This document shows positions 1-8,963 of a stretch of DNA of 64,000 nt, one piece after another. The position numbers and the translations under genes are program-made. The notes under the pieces are model-generated. The model searched no databases. It was not told where the DNA came from and worked only from the letters and a program-made list of their open reading frames with translations. Numbering within the stretch: position 1 is the stretch's first letter; each line of letters begins with the position of its first letter. This stretch comes from an uncultured Desulfurococcaceae archaeon (lineage in GTDB: Archaea; Thermoproteota; Thermoprotei_A; Sulfolobales; Desulfurococcaceae). The stretch lies in NCBI GenBank assembly GCA_964531225.1, contig CAZHDB010000005.1, positions 7,350 to 71,349 on the forward strand, written 5' to 3'.

Positions 1-1
1 T

Positions 2-751
2 TTCGATATGACTATACAAGCATTCAAGATTAGTGAGGATCCAAGAGTGTATCTCCCAGTGCTTATTGGTTTAGACGCATTTACATTGAGTCATACTACA
101 ATGCCTGTTGATACACCCGAACAAGAAGAACTCGATAAATGGCTTGGACCTAGGAGGCAGGGATACGTAATCGACGGTAGTGAGCCACTAGCTTTAGGTA
201 ATCTTGCATGGCCTGAAGATAGTGAAGAATTCTTTATGGATCTCCAGCGAGGCATGGAGGAAGCTAAGAAGGTTATTAGAGAGGTTGATGAAAGTTATGG
301 AAAAACATTTGGTAGGAAATATGGAGGGCTTATACATTGTTATCACTGCGAAGATGCTAAGTATCATGCCGTAATAATGGGTGCTTGGAGCGGTGATTTA
401 ATGGAGGCAGTGGACATTCTTCGTGAAGAAGGCTATCCAATAGGCCTTATACGTATGAGATTTATACGCCCATTCCCTGATGAGGAAATGTACGAGATAC
501 TTAATGGTTCAAAAGGAGTCATAGTATTTGACCGTGCAATAAGCTTTGGAAGCTTGGGTCCATTATACTTGGATGTTGCTGCTAATTTGACCAAATATAC
601 ACGTAAACTACCTTATATGAGAAATATTGTTGCTGGTGTTGGCGGGGTTAATGTAACTCATAAAGACTTTTATGAACTAGTTAGGACTACAATAGATGAT
701 CTTGAGAAGGGTGTTGAACCACCTGTATTTACATGGTATCATCGGAGGTGA
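2..751 (+). CDS. 2-oxoacid:ferredoxin oxidoreductase alpha subunit, C-terminal part (5' end lies outside the window)
   Basis: The frame is open from the window edge. The C-terminal domain layout is POR/OFOR alpha-like. The TPP-binding beta subunit follows 6 nt later, behind a GGAGGTG Shine-Dalgarno (744-750). Confidence 0.8.
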   Translation, partial: FDMTIQAFKISEDPRVYLPVLIGLDAFTLSHTTMPVDTPEQEELDKWLGPRRQGYVIDGSEPLALGNLAWPEDSEEFFMDLQRGMEEAKKVIREVDESYGKTFGRKYGGLIHCYHCEDAKYHAVIMGAWSGDLMEAVDILREEGYPIGLIRMRFIRPFPDEEMYEILNGSKGVIVFDRAISFGSLGPLYLDVAANLTKYTRKLPYMRNIVAGVGGVNVTHKDFYELVRTTIDDLEKGVEPPVFTWYHRR

Positions 752-757
752 TCATGT

Positions 758-1654
758 ATGGCCAGACCCATTCCACCTCTGCCACGTGATATGAGGAATA
801 CCGTATTGCCAGGCCACTCGGCGTGTCATGGTTGTCCAATAACTATGGGATTGAAAGTTGTTGGTGCCGCATTTGGTAATAAGGTAGTACTCGTTGTACC
901 TGCTTGCTGTACCAGCGTTGTTGTCGGAGCATGGCCTGGAAACGCATTTAATGGAAGCATAGTCCATGTTGCATTTGCAAGTGCAGCGGCTGTTGCAAGC
1001 GGTATAGCTGAAGGACTACGGAAGAGAGGAGTGAAGGATGTACAGGTTGTTGCATGGGCTGGTGATGGGGGTACTGCAGATATAGGTATGGCTAGTCTAA
1101 GTGGAGCTGCAGAACGGAATAACGACTTTATCTACATAATGTATGATAATGAGGCGTACATGAATACGGGTATTCAGAGATCTAGTGCAACTCCTGTCGG
1201 TGCATGGACAACTACCACTCCACTCGGCAAACTTGAGCCTAAGAAGGATATTGCTAGAATAATGATTGCTCATGGAGTACCCTATGTAGCCACTGCTAGC
1301 GTAGGATATCCGCATGATTTTTATGCAAAGCTTAAGAAAGCGGCCAGCATTAGAGGCTTTAAATTCATATATCTACATGCTCCATGTCCCACGGGATGGA
1401 GATTTGATCCGGCATATACTGTCAAGGTTGCAAAATTAGCTGTGGAAACAGGGCTTGTAGCTCTCTATGAATACTATGATGGAAGAATACATCTATCAGG
1501 CCCTAGTAGACCCTATCTTGATAAGAATAAGAGAAAGCCTATAGAGGAGTATCTAAAGCTTCAAGGTAGATTTAAGAATATACGTGATGAGCATTTAAAG
1601 GTTATTGAGAAATATCTTGATGATATGTGGCTATGGATTAAGAAGCACATGTAG
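758..1654 (+). CDS. 2-oxoacid:ferredoxin oxidoreductase beta subunit (TPP-binding)
   Basis: N-terminal Cys motifs GHSACHGCP and VPACC. TPP-binding signature GDGGTADIG...NEAYMNTG. Size (298 aa) and position after the alpha subunit fit. Confidence 0.85.
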   Translation: MARPIPPLPRDMRNTVLPGHSACHGCPITMGLKVVGAAFGNKVVLVVPACCTSVVVGAWPGNAFNGSIVHVAFASAAAVASGIAEGLRKRGVKDVQVVAWAGDGGTADIGMASLSGAAERNNDFIYIMYDNEAYMNTGIQRSSATPVGAWTTTTPLGKLEPKKDIARIMIAHGVPYVATASVGYPHDFYAKLKKAASIRGFKFIYLHAPCPTGWRFDPAYTVKVAKLAVETGLVALYEYYDGRIHLSGPSRPYLDKNKRKPIEEYLKLQGRFKNIRDEHLKVIEKYLDDMWLWIKKHM

Positions 1655-1662
1655 TTTTTATT

Positions 1663-1694
1663 CAAATACTTTTAAACACAAATACTTTTAAACC
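1663..1694. repeat. Perfect tandem duplication of a 16-nt unit (caaatacttttaaac + a/c) between convergent genes
   Basis: Copy 1 is 1663-1678 and copy 2 is 1679-1694, differing only at the last base. The sequence is T-rich, consistent with duplicated archaeal oligo-T termination signals. Confidence 0.7.
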
Positions 1695-1882
1695 TACGTT
1701 GTAGGTAATGGGATCTTCTGTAATACGATAACAACTATTGTAAGAACTACAGCAAATATTATAATTACATAAGGCTTCATCTTAATCCCTACATCGGCTT
1801 CCTCATAGAATCTCACAAGTCCTGCAGCAGTAAATGGTCCGGGTGCTTCCTTTTTCTTCTTACCTTTCCTAGACTTAGGCAT
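1694..1882 (-). CDS. Preprotein translocase subunit Sec61-beta (archaeal SecG)
   Basis: 62 aa with a basic N-terminus (KSRKGKKKK), an AAGLVRFYEE motif and a single C-terminal TM helix. Confidence 0.75.
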   Translation of the reverse strand: MPKSRKGKKKKEAPGPFTAAGLVRFYEEADVGIKMKPYVIIIFAVVLTIVVIVLQKIPLPTT

Positions 1883-2010
1883 TGCTTACACCCTTTATCG
1901 GCATAACAATTTATTTTATCTAGCTTAAAAATCCTTTGTTAATTATTCTTATAGTAACCCTTATAGTCGGATTTAAATATCTTGATAAAGATTGTGGGTG
2001 GTGACTTATT

Positions 2011-2259
2011 ATGGATATAAGGGAGGCTCAAGAGATTATCAGAAGGACATACTATGAGCGCGATAAGAGCCGTGGATTGTTCTCTACATTTACATGGTTT
2101 GTTGAGGAAGTTGGAGAACTTGCTGAAGCATTGCTCAAGAGCGACTATAAAGCTTTAAACGAGGAGATTGCGGATGTATTTGCTTGGCTATTAAGTATAG
2201 CTAATCTAGTTGGAGTAGATCTAGACAATGCTTTCAGGAATAAGTATGTACAGACTTGA
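2011..2259 (+). CDS. MazG-like nucleotide pyrophosphohydrolase
   Basis: 82 aa with an EEVGELAEA...EEIADVFAWLL metal-binding helix pattern. SD-like GGTGGTGA lies upstream. Confidence 0.65.
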   Translation: MDIREAQEIIRRTYYERDKSRGLFSTFTWFVEEVGELAEALLKSDYKALNEEIADVFAWLLSIANLVGVDLDNAFRNKYVQT

Positions 2260-2977
2260 ATGATTTAATAATTTCCTTAGCTCTCTCAGGATCACTTTCA
2301 ATAATGGTTCCTGTAACAAGTATATCTGCACCAGCCCTAGCTATTTTCCTAGCTATATCGGGTTCTTTAACACCGCCGCCAGCCATAATTATTAATTTCT
2401 TAGATGCTTTCCTAGCAGTTGCTATAAAGTCTGGAGATACTGGTTTTGGTGCACCACTACCACCCTCTATATATAAGTACTTTAGCCCAAGCATTTCAGC
2501 AGCAAGTGCATAGGCTCCAACGATCTCGGGCTTACTTTCTGGTATAGGAACTATTCGGCCAACATGAGCTACTGCTGTAGAGCCGTAAACTACTAGGTAA
2601 CCTGTTGGAAGAGGTTCCAAGCCATACTTTCTTACTAGTGGTGCACCAGCTAATTGAGCACCCATTAGGTAATATGGATCTAGACTATTAAGGAGGATCA
2701 TGAAAAGTACTGCATCGGCCTCTGGTGTTAGGCAATTTATGTTTCCAGGAAAAACAATTACTGGTAACCCATGTTTTTTCAAAGCTTTAGCGGTCTTTGA
2801 AGCTTCCTCTGGGGTAACGCCTAGGCTCCCACCTATGAGGAACGCATCTGTACCTGCTTTAACCATCTCGGATGATATTATATCGATATCCTCCATAGGT
2901 TTATCCGGATCTATTAACGTAAAATGTAATTTTTTACCAGAAGATATCTTGTTGACTATATATTTATGGACTTTCAC
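2234..2977 (-). CDS. Geranylgeranylglyceryl phosphate synthase (PcrB/GGGPS family)
   Basis: Motifs FTLIDPDK, GTDAFLIGGS, VFPGN and a C-terminal GGGVK phosphate loop; 247 aa. Confidence 0.8.
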   Translation of the reverse strand: MKVHKYIVNKISSGKKLHFTLIDPDKPMEDIDIISSEMVKAGTDAFLIGGSLGVTPEEASKTAKALKKHGLPVIVFPGNINCLTPEADAVLFMILLNSLDPYYLMGAQLAGAPLVRKYGLEPLPTGYLVVYGSTAVAHVGRIVPIPESKPEIVGAYALAAEMLGLKYLYIEGGSGAPKPVSPDFIATARKASKKLIIMAGGGVKEPDIARKIARAGADILVTGTIIESDPERAKEIIKSFKSVHTYS

Positions 2978-3300
2978 TATATCTCCCCAGTAAGTTCCGA
3001 AACTTCCTCTCCTGTCTTCTTAACAAACGTGATCTCAATAGTACCTTCTGTAAATCTATCTATGAACTTACCATATACATCAACAGTTTCATATATTTCT
3101 GGCACTGACATTTCTGCTCTTAATCCACATGTGCCACATCTAATGATTGCTATTTTTCGACCCTCTTCATCGAATTCTTTATTAAACTCTATGGTTAGAC
3201 TTCTAGATCCGCAGTTGGGACACTGAAATACACTAGGTATTCTACGTACCTTCCTAACGACCTTCTTGTACTTCTTCCTTCTCCTACCCATACAGATCAC
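2977..3300 (-). CDS. Elf1-like transcription elongation factor (zinc ribbon)
   Basis: Basic N-terminus MGRRRKKYKK. CPNCG...CGTCG zinc ribbon followed by DVYGKFID, as in eukaryotic Elf1. The true start is probably the internal MGRRR. Confidence 0.65.
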   Translation of the reverse strand: MICMGRRRKKYKKVVRKVRRIPSVFQCPNCGSRSLTIEFNKEFDEEGRKIAIIRCGTCGLRAEMSVPEIYETVDVYGKFIDRFTEGTIEITFVKKTGEEVSELTGEI

Positions 3301-3319
3301 CTATATCGATTTACTACGA

Positions 3320-3733
3320 TTACTTTCTAGCTTTACTGGAGTATAATATTTTACGTACAACACGTGACCTACCATATTTTAGTATTTCGTAAATAGCTTC
3401 AAGACACTCTTCATGGGTCATCTCAATAACCCTATATATCCTCTTTTCCTCTGCAAGTTTTTGCCCAGCAATATGTAGGCATCCAAGGCTTTGCTTCTCG
3501 CTCATAACTCTTATGACAAAATGTTTACATGAACAATATAATCTAGGAACTATTATATGATCGCTTCTAGTACCTATGTAGAACCATATAGGTGCTTCAT
3601 ATTTGTTTTTTCCTTCTTTTATAACTATTTTTATGAATTTCCTCAATGTTACCGGAGATATAATTCTCTTCATAGACTCTAATTGCTTTACACTAAGCTC
3701 GTTTAAGTATTCCTTAACTACTCGATAATCCAT
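3320..3733 (-). CDS. Hypothetical protein with SWIM-type zinc-finger signature
   Basis: A CxC-x16-CxH pattern (YCSCKHFVIRVMSEKQSLGCLH). Its start overlaps the rpiA stop by 1 nt. Confidence 0.5.
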   Translation of the reverse strand: MDYRVVKEYLNELSVKQLESMKRIISPVTLRKFIKIVIKEGKNKYEAPIWFYIGTRSDHIIVPRLYCSCKHFVIRVMSEKQSLGCLHIAGQKLAEEKRIYRVIEMTHEECLEAIYEILKYGRSRVVRKILYSSKARK

Positions 3734-4449
3734 TATCGCGTACCTTTTAACACTTTTATCCTATCTTCATAGCCTATATATACCCTATCAACAAGGTCTC
3801 TTGGAAATATACCTGTTTCTATAACTCCATTAATTAATCTAAGTCTTTTATCGACTTCATCAGGTTTCTCAATAGGCTTTAAAGGATAAAGATCTATTAT
3901 TACGTTACCATTGTCACTTATTATAGGGCCGTCTTTCGCCTTACCCATTCTAAGAACAGGTTTGAATTGATCATTAAGACTTAGTTTCTCCAAGATCCAT
4001 GGCAGGGCATGTATAGTTACCTCTACAGGCACAGGTTTTTTATAGAGATAATTCTTCTCATTATATTTACTATAATCAACTAAGTAAACTCTATATTGTG
4101 CTCTTAATGCAATCATTTTTTCCCTTAGAAACGCTGCACCCCTGCCTTTAACTAAGTCACGATTACTCGACACTTCGTCTGCTCCATCGACATATATATC
4201 TACTATCTCAACACTAGATATATCAGCTAAGCATAAGTCTTTGGAATACTTTCTCACAAATAAAAGTGTATCAATAGATGATACTACAATTATTTTTCCC
4301 CTACATAATCTACTTCTAAGAAATTCACGAATAAAGTATTTGACGGTCGAACCAGTACCTAGACCAATAATACGTGATTCTTCAATTAAAGATGTTAAAT
4401 CATTAAAAGCTTTAACACTAACTCTCTCCTTAATGGCTTCAATATTCAA
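3733..4449 (-). CDS. rpiA: Ribose-5-phosphate isomerase A
   Basis: Motifs GLGTGSTV, YVDGADEV and KGRGAAFLREK. Confidence 0.85.
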   Translation of the reverse strand: MNIEAIKERVSVKAFNDLTSLIEESRIIGLGTGSTVKYFIREFLRSRLCRGKIIVVSSIDTLLFVRKYSKDLCLADISSVEIVDIYVDGADEVSSNRDLVKGRGAAFLREKMIALRAQYRVYLVDYSKYNEKNYLYKKPVPVEVTIHALPWILEKLSLNDQFKPVLRMGKAKDGPIISDNGNVIIDLYPLKPIEKPDEVDKRLRLINGVIETGIFPRDLVDRVYIGYEDRIKVLKGTR

Positions 4450-4552
4450 TAAACATCACCGCCAAAACTAGGATATCAATTAAATTATCTATAGAAACAA
4501 CTATTATAAAGACATATAACCGGAAACACTGACTACCATAGAATATGAGGAA

Positions 4553-4676
4553 GGGCCCGTCGTCTAGCCTGGACTAGGATGCGGGGTACACCCTTAAAGG
4601 GTGCCCGACTCGGGACCCATGCCGCTGGATTGGGCGAAACTCCCCGTGACCCGGGGTTCAAATCCCCGCGGGCCCA
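4553..4676 (+). tRNA. Intron-containing tRNA, probably tRNA-Pro(CGG), manual two-intron model
   Basis: Acceptor stem GGGCCCG/CGGGCCC with discriminator A. D-arm carries A14, G15, G18, G19 and A21. T-arm is CGGGG-TTCAAAT-CCCCG. Anticodon stem is CGGGG (4582-4586) paired with CCCCG (4642-4646). The only canonical 7-nt loop between the halves is CTCGGGA (4609-4615), flanked by 22-nt and 26-nt inserts. Confidence 0.75.
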
Positions 4677-4726
4677 TTACTATTTTATAATATGGGAATG
4701 TAGAAATGTGAAGGGCGCAACTCCTT

Positions 4727-5809
4727 TTATAAGATCTTCTTTAGGGATTCCTCATATGGTGGATAAATTATTCCTATTTCCGTAATGATCCCGGTAACGA
4801 GATCAGGATCTGTTATATCGAATGCGTAATTAAGAACTGGTATATCAGGTAAAGTAATTAAGTATTTACCCATAACTTTTCTCACTTCATCAGGGTCTCT
4901 TTCCTCAATTATCACATCATTAATACTTGACTCTAAGTCTATAGTACTCGTTGGTGCTGCCACATAGAATGGTATATTGTTCCTCTTAGCAGCTAATGCT
5001 ATCATATAGGTACCTATTTTGTTGATTACATAGCCTTCTTTAGTGATTCTATCGGCTCCAACAACTATTTTATCGACTAAGCCTTTCCTTATAACGTAGC
5101 CAGCCATATTATCCGTTATGAGCGTTACTGGAATACCTTCTTTAGTATATTCCCATGTATTTAGTCTAGCACCTTGTAGTACGGGCCTTGTCTCAGTAGT
5201 TATTACCTTAATCTTTTTACCACTATACCATGCGATTCTTATAACAGCGCCTACAGTACCATAACCTGCAGTAGCTAATGCACCGGCATTGCAGTGTGTC
5301 ATTATAGTGTCTCCTTCATTAACGATCTCTAAACCATGTTCACCAATACCAATATTAGCCCTTAAATCCTCATCCATAATAGAAAGGGCTTCACTCCTAA
5401 GTAATTGCCTAGCTTCAAGTACATCGTCCGTTTGATCAAGAACCTTTCTCATCCTCTCAAGAGCCCAGAAAAGATTATGAGCAGTAGGCCTAGTCTTCCA
5501 CAGAGTGTCTATTGCTTCAAAAATCTTCCTTCTAAATGAATCATAGTCTTCGTCTATTAATGTAAGCGCATAAGCGGCTATGCCGAGCGCCGCGGCGACA
5601 CCTATAGCAGGCGCACCCCTTATTTCCATATCCTTTATGGCAATAGCCAATCTCCAAGGATCGTCTGTACAGTATATCCTCTCCTCAAATGGTAGGAGAC
5701 GAGTATCAATCCAACAAACTTTTTCATTACGCCACCAAACAGCCCTAACCTTTAGAGGATATTTGTAACTCAAACAAGCCACCTCCTCTTGGAAAACAAT
5801 AGGTTTCAA
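4727..5809 (-). CDS. Methylthioribose-1-phosphate isomerase / aIF-2BI family protein
   Basis: eIF-2B alpha/beta/delta-related family motifs: IRGAPAIGVAAA, THCNAGALAT, ETRPVLQGARL, VGADRI. Confidence 0.75.
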   Translation of the reverse strand: MKPIVFQEEVACLSYKYPLKVRAVWWRNEKVCWIDTRLLPFEERIYCTDDPWRLAIAIKDMEIRGAPAIGVAAALGIAAYALTLIDEDYDSFRRKIFEAIDTLWKTRPTAHNLFWALERMRKVLDQTDDVLEARQLLRSEALSIMDEDLRANIGIGEHGLEIVNEGDTIMTHCNAGALATAGYGTVGAVIRIAWYSGKKIKVITTETRPVLQGARLNTWEYTKEGIPVTLITDNMAGYVIRKGLVDKIVVGADRITKEGYVINKIGTYMIALAAKRNNIPFYVAAPTSTIDLESSINDVIIEERDPDEVRKVMGKYLITLPDIPVLNYAFDITDPDLVTGIITEIGIIYPPYEESLKKIL

Positions 5810-5910
5810 GTAGGAAATAAGGATTTATGGATCTTGTCTGGATTTTAACATATCTTATATTTATCCTTATAATATTACTAGCGTGATAACTGTTTAGTAG
5901 GTGTATTAGA

Positions 5911-6435
5911 GTGGTCCAAAGTTGCAGTAGGGTCATAGAATTCGATCCCGGTAAATGTGTTGGCATATGCAGTGATCGCGTTCTAACAGATGCTCTTGAT
6001 AGACGTTGGTTTGGCCGTAGGGATGGTGATAAGTTAATACTGTCTATTGAAGAAATTGCCTATCTATTATTAAAGAATCAAGTTTGTGTACATATAAATG
6101 ATAAGGTCTATGATGATTTATCCAAACTCATGGACGATTATTATGATTGTTTTCAGAGAATGTTTTGGCCAAGATTACTAGTATATAATGATCTACGTGA
6201 CAGAGGTAGAAGGGTCCGTGTCCTTGTGGACGGAAAGTTTCTTGTTAAACATAAGGATAATACTTTGAGGTTACTTGTTGTTCTCGAGGAGAAGCAATTG
6301 ATTAGCGCATCCCAATTACTTGATCTTGTGAGACAAGCTCAGAGGAATGGACTTATATTCATAGCTGCTATTGTGTCTTTACAGGGCGATCTTACGTATT
6401 ATGAATTAAATGTTATTGATCTTAGGAGGGATTAG
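5911..6435 (+). CDS. tRNA-splicing endonuclease-like protein, probable structural (non-catalytic) subunit
   Basis: The SIEEIAYLL...VYNDLRDRGRRVR segment resembles EndA. I could not find the GxKFG...HS...K catalytic pattern in the C-terminal half. Confidence 0.5.
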   Translation: MVQSCSRVIEFDPGKCVGICSDRVLTDALDRRWFGRRDGDKLILSIEEIAYLLLKNQVCVHINDKVYDDLSKLMDDYYDCFQRMFWPRLLVYNDLRDRGRRVRVLVDGKFLVKHKDNTLRLLVVLEEKQLISASQLLDLVRQAQRNGLIFIAAIVSLQGDLTYYELNVIDLRRD

Positions 6436-6438
6436 TCT

Positions 6439-7728
6439 TTGGCAAAATTTATTCAAATCCCAAGGGGCACAAGAGATCTAGTTGGATCGGATGCTGAAAT
6501 TTTTGAATACTTAGTTGATAGTTTTAAGAGGATTGCTCGGCTCAACGGATTTAAACCAATTATTACCCCCACTATAGAATTCTTTGAATTATTTTCTCGA
6601 AAATCCGGAGAAGAAATTATTAGGTCCATGTATGTCTTTAAGGATAAGGCTGGCCGTCTCATAGCTCTAAGGCCTGAAGTCACTGCTAGTATTGTTCGTG
6701 CTTATCTCCGTAATCTTATTGGTGAGCCCAAACCCATATTGTTATACTATGTATCACAATGTTTCCGCTATGAAGAGCCTCAACGGGGGCGGTATCGTGA
6801 GTTTTGGCAACTAGGTCTCGAAGTTATTGGTGACAAGGATAAGCTTAACAGCGATCTTCGTGTTGTACTTACTATAAACGAGTATCTAGAAGGAATAAAT
6901 GTTGATCACCAGTTTATCGTTGGCAACGTAGGTATTTATAGGACTTTTATGGAATCACTTAAAATCCCTCAAGAAGATCAAGATCACGTATTACACCTTA
7001 TAGACAAGAATTTAATTGATGAGGCAAATGAATTCCTTAGTAAAAAATATGGTTCTAAAGCTACTAATATAATAACTGGCATAGCAAGAATAGATCTTGA
7101 CAATCTAGTAAACTACATTAATGAATATAAGGACATATTAGGCACTAAATACAATTCTGCTCTAGATCATGTAAATGATACTATAAGATTTATTGAATAT
7201 GCTAGAGGACTGGGCTTAAACATAAAGTATGAGCCAAAGCTTGTTCGTGGGTTAGCATATTACACTGGACTAATCTATGAGGTTAAGGCTCGAGGACTTG
7301 ATATAAGTATTGGTGGTGGAGGACGATATGATAATCTAACGATTGTCTATGGCGGATCACCAGAGTTCATGACTGGTGCTGCCCTTGGTCTTGATAGGAT
7401 AATGCTTGTAGTTGATAAAGAGAGTGTAATTAGTTCCAGGAGAGGCGATCGCAGAGTTATAGTTGTACTTATGAAAGACGATCTTGAAGGATATAGGTAT
7501 GGTTATACTATCGTTAAAATGCTTCATAGCCGTGGGGTAACTGCATCATTACATACAGGTAGACCTTCAAAACTGCTATCATATGCTTCAAAGAAAGATT
7601 ATACGCATGCAGTCATTATAGGAGGTAAAGAGGTCTCTGAAAATAAGGTTACAATTAAAAATCTATTAACTGGCAAGCAGGAGACAATAGATAAAAATAA
7701 GATTATAGAATCTATTATTGAGTCTTAA
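6439..7728 (+). CDS. hisS: Histidyl-tRNA synthetase
   Basis: RGTRD motif, class II motif 2 (FRYEEPQRGRYREFWQ) and GGGRYD. TTG start. Confidence 0.9.
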   Translation: MAKFIQIPRGTRDLVGSDAEIFEYLVDSFKRIARLNGFKPIITPTIEFFELFSRKSGEEIIRSMYVFKDKAGRLIALRPEVTASIVRAYLRNLIGEPKPILLYYVSQCFRYEEPQRGRYREFWQLGLEVIGDKDKLNSDLRVVLTINEYLEGINVDHQFIVGNVGIYRTFMESLKIPQEDQDHVLHLIDKNLIDEANEFLSKKYGSKATNIITGIARIDLDNLVNYINEYKDILGTKYNSALDHVNDTIRFIEYARGLGLNIKYEPKLVRGLAYYTGLIYEVKARGLDISIGGGGRYDNLTIVYGGSPEFMTGAALGLDRIMLVVDKESVISSRRGDRRVIVVLMKDDLEGYRYGYTIVKMLHSRGVTASLHTGRPSKLLSYASKKDYTHAVIIGGKEVSENKVTIKNLLTGKQETIDKNKIIESIIES

Positions 7729-7737
7729 TCTTGAAAT

Positions 7738-8613
7738 TTATTTTATTTGTTTCTTAACTAGCTCCATGTAGTACCTTGCTATAAGCGGATAGTCTTTATC
7801 CGTGTATCCATGTGCAGCGGCCTGCATATACATGGATGATAAAGTCTCACTTAGGTTTGAAGGCAGTCTCTTTTCCTTAAGTGACTGAGCTACATACCAA
7901 TAATCCTTACCAGCCATCCAAACCTTGAACCTTGGCGGATTCTCCTCCATAATCCTATTCCAATACCTCTCAATAGCTTTTCCGAACCATACGTTGCCAG
8001 TTATTTCATGGAATATATTTGGATCAATATTCCATGCCTTTAATAACAATAAACTTTCAGCTAATAGAGCTGGTAATGCAAGACCTATATTATTTAATGC
8101 TAATTTGATGACAGAAGCCCCAGGTATTTCACCAACATAATATATTCTATAACTATAATCCCTTAGCAGATCATATACCTTTTCATAAACATCTTTCTCA
8201 CCAGCTACTATCGATAAAAGCCGACACTCTATAGCTTCATCTGTACTGCCATAAACAGGGGCCTCTAGGTAAAGTATATTACGTCCTTTAAGATGCTTAT
8301 AGACCCTTAAACTGGCAATAGGAGTAACAGTGCTGGCGTTGATAAGAATAGATCCTTCACTGGCCGTAGATGCTCCATTGTTTCCAAAGACGATGTCGTA
8401 TAGTGCATTATCATCTGAGACAAACGCTATAGCTATCTTGGCCTGTTCAAGTAGTTCCTTGGGATTGCTGACTATTTTGATACCCAATTGTTCTCTTAGT
8501 TTTTCGGCCTTCCAACGACTCCTATTGTAGGCTATAATGTTATAACCTCGTTTCGCGAGACATTTTGCTAGGCTTGAACCCATTAAACCGGTACCTATTA
8601 TACCAATAAGCAT
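7738..8613 (-). CDS. NAD(P)-dependent beta-hydroxyacid dehydrogenase family oxidoreductase
   Basis: N-terminal Rossmann motif IGIIGTGLMGSS; 3-hydroxyisobutyrate/6-phosphogluconate dehydrogenase-like layout. Confidence 0.65.
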   Translation of the reverse strand: MLIGIIGTGLMGSSLAKCLAKRGYNIIAYNRSRWKAEKLREQLGIKIVSNPKELLEQAKIAIAFVSDDNALYDIVFGNNGASTASEGSILINASTVTPIASLRVYKHLKGRNILYLEAPVYGSTDEAIECRLLSIVAGEKDVYEKVYDLLRDYSYRIYYVGEIPGASVIKLALNNIGLALPALLAESLLLLKAWNIDPNIFHEITGNVWFGKAIERYWNRIMEENPPRFKVWMAGKDYWYVAQSLKEKRLPSNLSETLSSMYMQAAAHGYTDKDYPLIARYYMELVKKQIK

Positions 8614-8963
8614 AGAGTTACACCTACTATATACTCAGTATACAATCCTTAATCAAATAATTCATTGGTTTTTAAAGCATCAGACATGAAGCGCATTGAA
8701 AATTATTATGTAAGCGCATCTTAACAGAATAGGAGAACATATGTTCTATAAAAATCTCTAATATATTGAAATTATACATTCTATTGAACTAATTAATTAC
8801 TTTAAAACTTATTTTCCAAGTATATTACTGTACTGCCGAATGTACTATCAAAGAAGTTACGTTGCCTAGGTGATAAAGTTATTAAGAGGACTATTTGGAT
8901 ACTATTTGGTAGGTGTACCTAATATATTCGTTTAAAATAGTTATATAGCTTAATTGGAGGTGT

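Noticed and set aside
4579-4785. 68-aa ORF overlapping the tRNA
   Set aside because: It reads through the GC-rich tRNA and its introns. The tRNA model explains the sequence, and the ORF has no start context.
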